DNA from: Candidatus Poribacteria bacterium
GTDB lineage: Bacteria; Poribacteria; WGA-4E; PCPOR2b
Reading direction: 5' to 3'
Assembly (NCBI GenBank): GCA_965116925.1
Contig: OZ220744.1
Coordinates: forward strand, 4,928,001-4,992,000
Length of the DNA: 64,000 nucleotides
Notes under the pieces: generated by a model
Databases searched by the model: none
Told to the model about the DNA's origin: nothing
The model's input: only the letters and a program-made list of their open reading frames with translations
Program-made: the position numbers and the translations under genes
Shown: positions 39,178 to 52,165 of the stretch, piece after piece
How the letters are laid out: each line of letters begins with the position of its first letter
How positions within the stretch are numbered: position 1 is the first letter of the stretch

Positions 39178-40623
39178 TCACTCCTGTCCATGCTTTTTTA
39201 GTTTCTCCAGAATCGCGGTATTACCCGGTGATAGCTGAATCGCTTTTTGCCACGCTGCAACCGCTTCTTTCTTGAGTCCTTTTTTTAGGTAAACCTCCCC
39301 CAGATGATCTTGGACTTCTACGCTATCCGGCATGTGGATAACCGCTTTTTTGAGTTGCTTCAATGCGTCATTCAACTTGCCCTGCTTGAAATATGCCCAA
39401 CCGAGGCTATCCAAATAGGCACCATTTGCTGGAGATTTTTTCAAAGCTTTCTGGATTAGTCTTACAGCTTCATCTAAGTTGGTTCCAAGCTCGGCAAAAA
39501 AATATCCGAGCGCGTTGTAGGCCTCCTCACGTTCCGGTGAGAGTGCAATTGTTGTTCTGAGATAGTGTTCCGCTTGTTCAAAATTTCCAATCTCTTGATA
39601 AGCAATTCCGAGCCAGTAGTTTGCGTCAGGGTTATTGGGAGTTGTTTCTAACACTTCTTCTAAAAGCTCAATTGCCTCGTTCTCCCGTTCCAATACAACG
39701 TAGAGACTTCCAAGACGTGCACGAAATTGTGCTAGCAAATCGTTGTCGTAGTTGGCTCTGTGGTTAGCAGGTGGGGCTAGTCGTCGCAGTTGAGAATAAG
39801 AGTGAATTGCTTTCTGGAGGTTTTCTGCCGCAGCCTCTAACTGATCTTCTTGATATAACCGATCATGCTGCTCAACACACAATTTCCACAGTGCGTCATG
39901 CCCCCGCCATAGGTCGCGGTCGATTTTGATTGCACGCTCGTAAGCGGTGATTGCTTCCTGCTTATCCCCCAACTGGTTATAGAGGCTACCCAATCGTAAA
40001 TAATATGTCGGCTGATAGGGCATGATACGAATCAACTCTTTGAAAGCATTGGCGGCAGACTCGTAGTCTCCCGTCTGCTCTGCAATTTCCCCAAGGTAGA
40101 TGTACGCACTGAATGGCCGTCCATTTTTTTCAAATCCGTAATGGTCGGGATCCAGTTCGACGACTTTCTGGAAGGTCGAAACAATATCGCTCCATTTATC
40201 TTTGTGCTTTGCGTCTCCGTATCGCCAGATCATAACCTGCCCTAGCAGGTAATAGGGTATTGGCTTTTCGGGGGCAATTTCAATGGCTCTGCGGCAGTGC
40301 TGCTCCGCAGTTGGGAGGTCGAACACCTCCATGCTAAGGCTCGCCAGTTGAGTATGGACAAAGGCGGAAGTCTCATGTTCGCGCAGAATCTGCTGATACC
40401 CTTTTTTTGCAGGAAACAATTTGGTTGTTACCCGGAGATAGGTGGCGGCAATCAAATGGGCATAAACCTGCTTCGCACGCTTATATTCGGGACGTAATGA
40501 ATTATCAACGATCTGAACATTGTCCACGGTTGACTCTGATGCTGCCGCGTCAGAAGCGTTGAGGTGTGCATTTAAATTCATCACTATCAGGGTAGCAAGT
40601 GCTATCGCCGATAAACGTATCAC
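39178..40623 (-). CDS. TPR repeat protein with signal peptide
   Basis: Multiple TPRs; NALGY..., YLDSLGWAYFKQG, DHLGEVY. Confidence 0.9.
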   Translation of the reverse strand: MIRLSAIALATLIVMNLNAHLNASDAAASESTVDNVQIVDNSLRPEYKRAKQVYAHLIAATYLRVTTKLFPAKKGYQQILREHETSAFVHTQLASLSMEVFDLPTAEQHCRRAIEIAPEKPIPYYLLGQVMIWRYGDAKHKDKWSDIVSTFQKVVELDPDHYGFEKNGRPFSAYIYLGEIAEQTGDYESAANAFKELIRIMPYQPTYYLRLGSLYNQLGDKQEAITAYERAIKIDRDLWRGHDALWKLCVEQHDRLYQEDQLEAAAENLQKAIHSYSQLRRLAPPANHRANYDNDLLAQFRARLGSLYVVLERENEAIELLEEVLETTPNNPDANYWLGIAYQEIGNFEQAEHYLRTTIALSPEREEAYNALGYFFAELGTNLDEAVRLIQKALKKSPANGAYLDSLGWAYFKQGKLNDALKQLKKAVIHMPDSVEVQDHLGEVYLKKGLKKEAVAAWQKAIQLSPGNTAILEKLKKHGQE

Positions 40624-40646
40624 ATTAAGACCTTTCTATAGGAAAC

Positions 40647-43127
40647 CTATCGACTTTTGTCAACTTCGGGTTTGTCATCATTTTGGACTTCGTCACCATT
40701 TTGGGAGATCTTTCCAACATCAACAACACTCTCCTCCTTCCGCAAGGACATCAAACGCACGCCCTGCGTATTTCTCCCGATTGTGCGGACATCGTTGACT
40801 GCCATGCGTGTCACCATACCGTTTGAATTCACAATAATCAACTCGTCATCGTTCGACACCATTTTCATTGCTACAACGGGCCCGTTACGGGTGCTTGTTT
40901 TAATCGCAATCACACCTTTTCCTGCCCGTCCCTGCAAACGATAATTCGCCAACAAGGTACGTTTACCATAACCGTTTTCCGTCACAACTAACACGGTCTC
41001 GCTCTCATCAGCCGCAGCAACCATACCGACAACGAAATCGTCCTGTGCCAAACGGATTCCACGAACCCCCGCTGCGGTCCGTCCCATCCTGCGAACCTCT
41101 CCTTCATTGAATCGGATAGATAGCCCAGATCGGGTGACCAGCAAGATATTGTGATCGCCTTCGGTCAAATTCACTCCAATAAGTTTGTCACCTTCGTCGA
41201 GATTGATCGCAATAATACCGGCAGAATATGGCCGACTAAAGACTTCAAGGCTGCATTTCTTGACAACGCCTTTCTCCGTTGCCATAAAAACAGACCGCTC
41301 TTCATCAAACTCGCGCACCGGTACAAACGCTGTGATCTTCTCGCCGTTTTCTATCCGTAGCAGATTGACAATTGCCTGCCCCGATGCAGTACGACTCCGT
41401 TCTGGAATTTCAAAGACTTTCAGCCAATAACATTTGCCGCGATCGGTAAAGAAGAGGATATATTGATGGGCTGATGCGATAAAGACATGTTCGGGATAAT
41501 CTCCTTCCTTGCTCTGCATCCCGATCACCCCAACCCCGCCTCGATGTTGACGACGATAGGTGGTAATTGGCACTCGCTTGATATAACCTTCGTGAGAAAT
41601 AGCGACAATCATCTCTTCATCAGCGATGAGGTCTTCAATCTCAAACTCGGTCACTGCATCAACGATTTTGGTTCGTCGTTCGTCAGCGTATTTGGCTTTT
41701 AGTTCTAATAATTCCTCTTTGATAATGTTAGTAATAAGGATTTCACTATCAAGGATTGTCCGCAACTCTTCAATCTGTTCGAGAAGGTTTGCGTACTCAT
41801 CATTAATTTTCTGCCGTTCCAGCCCTGTCAATTGGCGGAGCGTCATGGTTAAAATTTCACTCGCTTGCACCTCTGAAAGGTCATAGTTCTCGATTAATAG
41901 GTTTCGGGCATCTTCTGGAGATTCAGCAGTTTGAACGGTGTCGATTACATCTTCAATGTTGTTTAAGGCGATGCGATATCCTTCCAGAATATGTGCTCGC
42001 CGTTCACAGACATCAAGATCGTATTGAGTCCGACGGCGGATGACCTCTCGACGATGTTCAAGGTAGTAACTCATGATCTCCGTCAGAGACAGCACCTTGG
42101 GCAACCCGTCAACGAGGCATAGCATAATAGCGCTGTAGTTGGTTTGCATCTGCGTATGCTTATACAACTGATTCAAGATTACTTGTGCAATCTCACCCCG
42201 TTTGAGTTCAACAATGACCCGTATCTCTTGGTCTGATTCATCGCGGATATCGGAGATTCCTGTGATTGTTTTACTAGCGACCAGATCATACATCTTCTGA
42301 AGCAACTGGTTCTTTTTGACTTGGTATGGAATCTCTGTGATGAGGATATGCTCCCTACCCTCCCTCGTTCGCTCAATAACCGCTTTTCCTCGGACGGTGA
42401 TTGAACCTCTGCCAGTGGCGTATATGTCACGAATACCGGCGCGCCCAACAATCTCGGCTGCTGTCGGGAAGTCGGGACCAGGGATATGCGTCATGAGGTC
42501 TTCAAGCGTTGCTTCTGGATTCTCCAGCAATAGAATTAACCCATCAACGATTTCCCCCAAGTTATGCGGCGGAATTCGTGTTAGGTATCCCACACCAATA
42601 CCGGTTGTGCCGTTAACCAGCAAGTTTGGTAACCGCGCCGGAAGGACTGTTGGTTCGGTCGTCGATTCCTTGTAGTTGGGCTGAAAGTCAACGGTATTTT
42701 TGTGGATGTCAGCTAACATCTCATCTGCGATTCGCATCAAACGGCACTCTGTGTAGCGCATCGCTCCCGGTGGGTCATCATCAATCGACCCAAAATTCCC
42801 CTGTCCATACACCAAAGGGTAACGCATGGCAAACTCTTGAACCAATCCAACCAACGTATCGTAGATTGGACCATCGCCGTGCGGATGGAAGTTCTTCATG
42901 ACCTCGCCAACGACAGCCGCACACTTGTCGGTGGAACGACCTGCCGTGAGATTCATCTCTCCCATAGCATAGAGGATGCGTCGCGTGCTGGGTTTCAATC
43001 CATCTCTCAGGTCAGGAATCGCCCGGTTGGTGTTGACACTCATCGCATAGGTGAGGTAAGATTCCCTTAACTCATCCTCAATATATCGCGTGACAATATT
43101 AGTATTTTCATCGTTTCGTGTTAGCAC
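40647..43127 (-). CDS. gyrA: DNA gyrase subunit A
   Basis: DGLKP, HPHGD, AMRYTE, GyrA-box QHRGGVG. Confidence 0.98.
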   Translation of the reverse strand: MLTRNDENTNIVTRYIEDELRESYLTYAMSVNTNRAIPDLRDGLKPSTRRILYAMGEMNLTAGRSTDKCAAVVGEVMKNFHPHGDGPIYDTLVGLVQEFAMRYPLVYGQGNFGSIDDDPPGAMRYTECRLMRIADEMLADIHKNTVDFQPNYKESTTEPTVLPARLPNLLVNGTTGIGVGYLTRIPPHNLGEIVDGLILLLENPEATLEDLMTHIPGPDFPTAAEIVGRAGIRDIYATGRGSITVRGKAVIERTREGREHILITEIPYQVKKNQLLQKMYDLVASKTITGISDIRDESDQEIRVIVELKRGEIAQVILNQLYKHTQMQTNYSAIMLCLVDGLPKVLSLTEIMSYYLEHRREVIRRRTQYDLDVCERRAHILEGYRIALNNIEDVIDTVQTAESPEDARNLLIENYDLSEVQASEILTMTLRQLTGLERQKINDEYANLLEQIEELRTILDSEILITNIIKEELLELKAKYADERRTKIVDAVTEFEIEDLIADEEMIVAISHEGYIKRVPITTYRRQHRGGVGVIGMQSKEGDYPEHVFIASAHQYILFFTDRGKCYWLKVFEIPERSRTASGQAIVNLLRIENGEKITAFVPVREFDEERSVFMATEKGVVKKCSLEVFSRPYSAGIIAINLDEGDKLIGVNLTEGDHNILLVTRSGLSIRFNEGEVRRMGRTAAGVRGIRLAQDDFVVGMVAAADESETVLVVTENGYGKRTLLANYRLQGRAGKGVIAIKTSTRNGPVVAMKMVSNDDELIIVNSNGMVTRMAVNDVRTIGRNTQGVRLMSLRKEESVVDVGKISQNGDEVQNDDKPEVDKSR

Positions 43128-43142
43128 GTTCTGCCCGTCCTT

Positions 43143-43601
43143 CTATGGTATTTTAATGAATCCCATCCCTACTTGGATAAAATGTGCATCTTCTGTCAGC
43201 ACTTGACAAATCCCTCGCTCTTCCATGATAACCATTGAAGTGAGGTCAGTAAACGAAATCCTTGGCTTATCATGGAATCGTTTTCTCAGGTTCCATGATT
43301 TTGAAAAATGGTTGGGTATCACCCGCTCAACATGTATATATCCTTGAGATGCGGAGTTCAATAATTCCTCTACGAAGTGAACGGCTTCAGAGAATCGCCT
43401 TTGAAGCCGAAATAATAAGCTAATCATTTCGTCTAGAACATATTCGCTGGTATAAATGGGTATCTGACGCTGGCGAAGTTCTTGGTAGATGCACTTTACT
43501 TCTTCATGATGTGGGTCATGGTGATATCCAAGTGCTATCCACCCCCATGTATCCACAAAAACACCTTTTGCATCCCTTAATAATTCTTTGCTAATCTCCA
43601 T
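43143..43601 (-). CDS. vapC: PIN-domain (VapC-like) ribonuclease toxin
   Basis: VFVDT, VLDE, SFTD, LTEDAHF acidic tetrad intact; ATG 43601 overlaps the HAD 3' end. Confidence 0.9.
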   Translation of the reverse strand: MEISKELLRDAKGVFVDTWGWIALGYHHDPHHEEVKCIYQELRQRQIPIYTSEYVLDEMISLLFRLQRRFSEAVHFVEELLNSASQGYIHVERVIPNHFSKSWNLRKRFHDKPRISFTDLTSMVIMEERGICQVLTEDAHFIQVGMGFIKIP

Positions 43602-44418
43602 AGAGGGCCCGTTCAATTTCTTCCGCAGAGAGGCTTTTTCCCGAAAGAGTTCCTATTACAGATAAAAAAGGATCCGGCCCTGGAATTTTCCACGTTGTCG
43701 AAATTACCTTCGGAATATCCCCCAGATTCACAATGGTATTATCTACACATTTCTCAATAATTTCATCTTCAGGTGGGGGCAAGTGCCATGAATCATCTGT
43801 TTTCCAAATGGCTTTCATGCCGGACTTCTTGGCACCTTCAATATCTGCTGTGAGATTATCTCCCACAAAAACTGTCTCTTCCGGGGTGATCGTCCGACTT
43901 GAAATTTCGTTTAACCGATTTAATGCCTCTTGAAAGATTGCCCTATTCGGTTTTTTGACTCCTATTGATTCAGAGATTAATATCATCTTGGGACCAAAAT
44001 GCTCTCTGATTCCAAGTTTGTCAATCTTTTTCTGTTGGACAGATTCTCTGCCATTAGAAACTATTCCCAGAAACAGCCCTTGATTTTTCAACTCGGTCAA
44101 CGTCTCGTGGAGCGCTTCAAAGCCTTTGTAATAACTGGAACAGGACTCATAGTAATCGTCACACAACGCTTTTGGGTTTAAGCCTTCCACCGAAAATTCG
44201 GAAAATATTTGGTCATATATTTCATGTTTATTACCTAACCCCCGGTCATCCAACTTGAGAAAAAGGGAAACATACTGGTCTATTGAGGCACGACGGTCTA
44301 AATACTTTTGAAACCGGATATATTGGTCATGCAAAAACAACCTAACCGATGTATCTCGATCCAAAAGGGTTCCATCTAAGTCAAATAGGACAGCTCGAAT
44401 CATATCCATTGGATTCAC
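43591..44418 (-). CDS. HAD-family hydrolase with antitoxin-like C-terminal tail
   Basis: FDLDGTL, VSNG, KKP, FVGDNLTADIEGA; extra tail DPFLSVIGTLSGKSLSAEEIERALYGD. Confidence 0.88.
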   Translation of the reverse strand: MNPMDMIRAVLFDLDGTLLDRDTSVRLFLHDQYIRFQKYLDRRASIDQYVSLFLKLDDRGLGNKHEIYDQIFSEFSVEGLNPKALCDDYYESCSSYYKGFEALHETLTELKNQGLFLGIVSNGRESVQQKKIDKLGIREHFGPKMILISESIGVKKPNRAIFQEALNRLNEISSRTITPEETVFVGDNLTADIEGAKKSGMKAIWKTDDSWHLPPPEDEIIEKCVDNTIVNLGDIPKVISTTWKIPGPDPFLSVIGTLSGKSLSAEEIERALYGD

Positions 44419-44456
44419 TTCCCTTATTAGGCAATCCGGCAGAAGGAGAATTATTT

Positions 44457-44924
44457 CTATGGTTCAGGATGGATCGGGTCAACCCAATAGACTTCCTCCG
44501 GCGGCTCTACCGGCTCGATATCCAAATTGATAACAATCGGCTCTTGGTCACTCCGCACCAAGACACAGGAGAGGGGTTCGTCCGTGCTGGCGTTAATTTC
44601 TTGGTGTGGCACGAAGGGCGGCACATAGATGAAATCGCCCGGTCCCGCCTCTGCGACAAATTCAAGCTGCTCGCCCCATCGCATACGCGCCCGCCCGTTC
44701 ACGACATAGATTACGCTCTCCAACGCCCCATGATGGTGTGCACCAGTTTTTGCGTTTGGCTGAATGTTCACCGTGCCAGCCCAGAGTTTGCCAGCTCCAG
44801 CCATCGCACGATTGATCGCAGCGGCACGGGTCATGCCGGGAGTCTGCGGCGTATTCATATCAAGTTGATCGCTGCGGATAATCCTCACCCCACTGTCACG
44901 CCAATTCACGACATCATTTGACAT
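44457..44924 (-). CDS. Cupin domain protein
   Basis: GAHHHGALE and PGDFIYVPPFVPHQE. Confidence 0.9.
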   Translation of the reverse strand: MSNDVVNWRDSGVRIIRSDQLDMNTPQTPGMTRAAAINRAMAGAGKLWAGTVNIQPNAKTGAHHHGALESVIYVVNGRARMRWGEQLEFVAEAGPGDFIYVPPFVPHQEINASTDEPLSCVLVRSDQEPIVINLDIEPVEPPEEVYWVDPIHPEP

Positions 44925-44925
44925 C

Positions 44926-47391
<2,466 letters not shown>

Positions 47392-47413
47392 CTACCCCTT
47401 TCATCAACTTCTG

Positions 47414-47917
47414 TTACTCATCTTCAATTAAAGCGCGTTGGCTCTGTTTGATAAAGAGTCGCTTTAAGTGCGCTTTCAGATCTGGATCCTCGACCGATGC
47501 GACGGTCTGATCAATGCGTTTTAATGTCTCCCTATCTAATTCAACAGTCTCTAATTTAAGACGTTTTGGACGGTGAAAACGTTGACTTTCTGAAGATTTT
47601 GACGAATGAATCGGCTTAACAGAAAAGTCCAATGTTTTTACCGCAGGAAAATTGACAGCTTTATTGATTTTGGGAATCACTTGCCCTCTCAGCATTTGAA
47701 GCTCGTTGACCCAGACATGAGCGGAAGCATAAACTGTTAATTTCCCATTAACGAGTGAAATCGGCTGAGTGTTGCGAGCGATCAGTGCACCCACCGCTCC
47801 TTTCCAAGCGGCAAAGACTTGTGTTTCAAGAATTTTGTGATCTAATCCATAATCACGAATCAACCCATCAAGCAGCAGATCGATCCGCTCTGTTTTCTCA
47901 GTTGACTTGTCCATCAT
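47414..47917 (-). CDS. dciA: DciA/DUF721 family protein
   Basis: W..AVG..IA..T.P...NGKL.V...W..EL pattern; conserved position after recF. Confidence 0.8.
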   Translation of the reverse strand: MMDKSTEKTERIDLLLDGLIRDYGLDHKILETQVFAAWKGAVGALIARNTQPISLVNGKLTVYASAHVWVNELQMLRGQVIPKINKAVNFPAVKTLDFSVKPIHSSKSSESQRFHRPKRLKLETVELDRETLKRIDQTVASVEDPDLKAHLKRLFIKQSQRALIEDE

Positions 47918-49073
47918 GCACCGTAAATACGCGGCAATCACCTAACTCTGGCACCCATGCCTCCTGCCGCGTTGAAGTGATAAATGTCTGTGCATTCAAT
48001 CGCCCTAGCAACTTAAATAAAAAGGACGAACGCTCCTCATCCAATTCTGAGAAAACGTCATCCAATAGAACGATAGGAGTTTTACCTGTGGTTTCACGTA
48101 TTAATTCCAATTCCCCAAGTTTGAGGGCTAAGGCAATTGTTCGTTGTTGCCCCTGCGATCCAAAAGCTTTGGCTTCCTGAAAATACATCGCTCCGGCAGA
48201 CTGCGATTCCAATATTAATTTGAAATCGTCCCGGTGGGGTCCCACCGAAGTCATCCCGCGCAGAATATCGTAAGATCGGGAAGATTGTAGCTCCTTGCGA
48301 AATAGTTCTGTCGCCCCTTGCTCTATCGCATCATCAATCTTTTCAGGAGAAGGTCGGTATTTCAATTCAAGTATCTCACGATTTCCGGTCAATTCGGCGT
48401 GTTTGGCTTGAACATAAGCCTTTAATTGATCAAAAATTCTCACGCGTGTTTGGATGATAGAGATTCCTTCAGCAATGAGTATATCATCCCACGGATCGAG
48501 GAAGTCAGGAGTAGCCTGTTTCGATCGAATTTGTTTCAGCAACTCGTTGCGCTGCTTGAGCGCAAATTGGTAGTTTTGGAGAGAAGTCAAGTACGCCGAA
48601 TTGATCTGGGAAATCAAAAGATCTATAAAACGCCGACGGTCTGCGGGTGAACCTTTGACTAAAGTGAGCGATTCAGGGGAAAAAAAAACAACGTTGAACT
48701 GACCAATCCACTGAGAAAGTTTTTTCTGAAGAATCCCATTGAATTTGAAACGTTTCTTGCCACTCAACTCGTTTGAGACTTCAACCGTCATCAAGTTTAA
48801 TGGCTGTAGATCATGGGGTTCTGGATTCGGCTGCGAACCATCAGTAGCGGTAATCTCCCCTTTGAGGTAAAACCAACTTTCGCTGTGCCGTATCAATTCA
48901 TTATCAGGATAGGTGCGGTGTGATTTTGCCGTGCTGAGGAAATAGATTGCTTCTAGTAGTGTTGTTTTCCCCTGCGCGTTTTCCCCAACAATCAGGTTCA
49001 CTCGATCGGTGAATTCGATTTCACAATCAGCATAACTACGAAAATTACGCAACACAAGTTGGTTTAATCGCAT
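47898..49073 (-). CDS. recF: DNA replication/repair protein RecF
   Basis: NFRSY, GENAQGKT, GPHRDD, GSQGQQR, LLDDVFSELD. Confidence 0.97.
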   Translation of the reverse strand: MRLNQLVLRNFRSYADCEIEFTDRVNLIVGENAQGKTTLLEAIYFLSTAKSHRTYPDNELIRHSESWFYLKGEITATDGSQPNPEPHDLQPLNLMTVEVSNELSGKKRFKFNGILQKKLSQWIGQFNVVFFSPESLTLVKGSPADRRRFIDLLISQINSAYLTSLQNYQFALKQRNELLKQIRSKQATPDFLDPWDDILIAEGISIIQTRVRIFDQLKAYVQAKHAELTGNREILELKYRPSPEKIDDAIEQGATELFRKELQSSRSYDILRGMTSVGPHRDDFKLILESQSAGAMYFQEAKAFGSQGQQRTIALALKLGELELIRETTGKTPIVLLDDVFSELDEERSSFLFKLLGRLNAQTFITSTRQEAWVPELGDCRVFTVHDGQVN

Positions 49074-49180
49074 TTTGTCGGTTTTGATTTGCCACTTAGC
49101 GGCAAGCAAACGCAAGTTGTCTATAAGAGAGCAAGAGAATCCACTCCGAAAGAATCTCTATTTTTCAGATTTGGAACATG

Positions 49181-50284
49181 TTATGATTCAAGCCGCATCG
49201 GCATAATTAAGCAAAGGTGCCCATCATCGCCAACAGGCTTTAAGACAGCCGCACTGAGGGAATCTTTGAGTTCCAAACGGAAATCTTCGGCTTGAATATG
49301 TCCCACAGCTTCCACGAGGAAACGCGCATCAAAAGCGATCTGGATCTCTCCATCGCCACTTGTGACATCTACCGTTTCATACGCCTCCCCAAGTTCGGGT
49401 GTCTTGGCAGAGATTCGCACTTTGCCGTCCTGAACGTCCAAACGAATCGAGTAGGTTTTCGGATTGGATAACAGTGCGACTCGTCTCAGTCCTCCCGACA
49501 TTTTGTCGACATTAAGTGTCAAGTGAATCTCGTTATCGCTGGGGATAATCTGTTGGTACTTGGGATACTCTCCCTCAACCAATCGAGAGGTCAAAGTAGA
49601 ATCATCATCAGCGAAAATAATCTGGTTTTCTAGCAAGCAGACTTTAACCTCCGCTGATTCTGCAAAGGTCTTCGTAATCTCCCGGACCGCTTTGAGTGGA
49701 ACGATAACACCTATCGGTTCTTGAGGTGGTGGCATCAGTGTATCGCTAGATGCGACAGCAAGGCGTCGGCCATCAGTTGCGACAATCTGAGTTATTTCGG
49801 GGGTCAGATCAAAATACAGTCCATTCAAGAAGTATCGCGTTTCCTCGGTGGAAGCAGAAAATTCGGTTTTATCAATCATCGAACAGAGCAATTCACCATC
49901 AATAGTGAAAAACGCTCCCGTAATTGAGGGAAGTTCTGGAAACTCATCATCAGGGAGCCCGATAATTTTATAAACCCCTTCTCCACAGGTGATTTCGATT
50001 CGATCGTTTGCCGTTGTCGAAAGCCTTACTTCTTGGTCTGGCAACTCACGTACAATTTCAGAAAGCTTTCTTGCCGATACGGTAATGGCACCTTCCTCAA
50101 CGATAGTACCGGGAACAACGGTCTGAATGCTAACTTCAAGGTCGGTTGCTGCAATTTCGATTTGTCCGTCCATTGCACGAATTAGGACGTTCGATAATAT
50201 TGGAAGGGTATTCCTTCCGGCAGCTACACCTTGTAATACTTGAATACATCTAAACAGATCTTCTTTTGCAAAAACTAATTGCAT
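49181..50284 (-). CDS. dnaN: DNA polymerase III beta clamp
   Basis: ATDLE, VATDGRRLA, LIMPMR. Confidence 0.98.
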   Translation of the reverse strand: MQLVFAKEDLFRCIQVLQGVAAGRNTLPILSNVLIRAMDGQIEIAATDLEVSIQTVVPGTIVEEGAITVSARKLSEIVRELPDQEVRLSTTANDRIEITCGEGVYKIIGLPDDEFPELPSITGAFFTIDGELLCSMIDKTEFSASTEETRYFLNGLYFDLTPEITQIVATDGRRLAVASSDTLMPPPQEPIGVIVPLKAVREITKTFAESAEVKVCLLENQIIFADDDSTLTSRLVEGEYPKYQQIIPSDNEIHLTLNVDKMSGGLRRVALLSNPKTYSIRLDVQDGKVRISAKTPELGEAYETVDVTSGDGEIQIAFDARFLVEAVGHIQAEDFRLELKDSLSAAVLKPVGDDGHLCLIMPMRLES

Positions 50285-50616
50285 CTTCTTTCTCCTAAAA
50301 AAATTATGTTTCTAAGTTAAATTTTCATAAATACTTTTTGACAAATTATGGTTATATATTCATTATCTACTCTTTATTCTATTAATTTATATATTAATAA
50401 TAGTAGTAGTAGGGGATGTGGATATGTGGATAACTCCCCTAAACCCGCGCCACGACTGGCTGGAAGCCTGTGGATAGATTGTGGATAACTTTTTGACTTA
50501 TCCACAATCTATCCACATCCCCAAAGTTATCCACATCTATCCACAAATCATCCACAGGTTATCCACAGGGTTATCCACAGGTTATCCACATTAACGATTT
50601 AACAAATATGTTTCTA
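50285..50616. other. oriC: Replication origin oriC (unwinding half): AT-rich region, DnaA-trios, about 12 DnaA boxes
   Basis: TTATCCACA/TGTGGATAA and one-mismatch variants at 50417-50590; (TAA)2(TAG)4 next to GGGG; gene orientation switches around this region. Confidence 0.93.
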
Positions 50617-51972
50617 TTATTTAATATCTTCGATTAAAAAGTTAATTGTTTGATAAAGCTCTGCATCCGTTCGGATACTCTCTTCAATTCGGTTGTTAGC
50701 GTGCAAAATGGTCGTGTGATCTTGCCGGCCGAAAGCATCTGCAATTTCCATTAGGGACAGGTTGGTTAGTTGACGGCAAAGATACATGGCAATTTGTCGG
50801 GGCACAACAACCGCTTTTGTGCGTGTAGAGGACTTGAGGTCGCTGATTTTTAGACGAAAATAGCCCGCTACGGCTTTTTGAATATCTTCTGCTGTGATAG
50901 CTTTAGAGTTAATCCGAGGCGGCGGTGTAGCGAAGTCGTTTAACACATTACGGGCAAAATTGACTGTCAATTCCTCATTGAAAAGACTTGCTTCTGCAGC
51001 GACCCGGATGAGCGATCCCTCTAGATCCCGAATGTTCGTTTGGATCACTTCGGCAATATAGCTTAAAACAGAGTCGGGAACATTTTCCAAGTTTTGGTCT
51101 TCACATTTCTGGCGAAGGATAGCAATCCTTGTTTCAAATTGGGGTGGACTAATGTCTGCAACCATTCCCCACTCAAAACGAGAGCGTAATCGCTCTTCGA
51201 CGGTTTCAAGGTTTTTCGGTGGTCGGTCGCTTGTCATCACAATATGGTTTGAATTTTGGTGAAGCTCATTAAAAGTATGGAAAAATTCTTCTTGGGTGCC
51301 CTCCTTACGTTGTAAAAATTGAATATCATCAATAAGAAGCACATCAACTGTCCGATATTTGCTTCGGAAATCGAATGCGGTGGTACGAGTGATGATAGAG
51401 TCAATATATTCATTCATAAAGGTCTCAGACGAGATATAGAGCACTTTCTGCTTGGAATGAACCTCTTGGATTCGGTTGCCGATTGCGTGCAGCAGGTGAG
51501 TCTTACCCAATCCAACACCACCATAGATGAAAAGTGGGTTGTAAATCTTGCCTGGGTTTTCTGATACAGCCAGTGAAGCCGCATGACTCAAGCGATTCCC
51601 AGTTCCTACAACGAACCGATCGAAACTATATTCGGGGTTAAGGGTTGTATCAGTTGATGGGGCATCAGTATCATCAGGTGCAGTAGCAGGGGTAGATGAG
51701 ACCGCAGGTTCAGGTTGCCTTTTTCCGTCGGGCTGTGCAGCAATGATTTTGAGCCGACAGCTGGCACCAATCTGTTTCTCTAAGAGACCGTTGATATCAG
51801 GAAGAAAACGGCTTGCAATTTGCTCCTGTGTATACACACTCGGAACTGAAACTGTCAGTTCACTTTCTGTGAGAGCCATCGGTTTAGCTTGGCGTAGATA
51901 AACATCTTCACGGATGGTGTCGCCCAACTCAGACAGAATTTTCAACCAGATTTGGTCCGGGGTATACTGCAT
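50617..51972 (-). CDS. dnaA: Replication initiator DnaA
   Basis: YNPLFIYGGVGLGKTHL, DDIQF, QEEFFHTFN, RQIAMYL, DHTT. Confidence 0.99.
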   Translation of the reverse strand: MQYTPDQIWLKILSELGDTIREDVYLRQAKPMALTESELTVSVPSVYTQEQIASRFLPDINGLLEKQIGASCRLKIIAAQPDGKRQPEPAVSSTPATAPDDTDAPSTDTTLNPEYSFDRFVVGTGNRLSHAASLAVSENPGKIYNPLFIYGGVGLGKTHLLHAIGNRIQEVHSKQKVLYISSETFMNEYIDSIITRTTAFDFRSKYRTVDVLLIDDIQFLQRKEGTQEEFFHTFNELHQNSNHIVMTSDRPPKNLETVEERLRSRFEWGMVADISPPQFETRIAILRQKCEDQNLENVPDSVLSYIAEVIQTNIRDLEGSLIRVAAEASLFNEELTVNFARNVLNDFATPPPRINSKAITAEDIQKAVAGYFRLKISDLKSSTRTKAVVVPRQIAMYLCRQLTNLSLMEIADAFGRQDHTTILHANNRIEESIRTDAELYQTINFLIEDIK

Positions 51973-52165
51973 TATATGACATCCTATAATTGGAGGGTTC
52001 CTTCAGGGGAATTCAAGCAATGTAGCAATCAACTATTAATATAAAAAGATTGGGATTCCTGACTGGCTTGCTCGCTAAACAACCGGAAACCGGAATGAGG
52101 AAAAAGATCATTATTACAAAATTGACAATGCACGAAGAACAAAAATTATTTGCTCTAATCACAAG

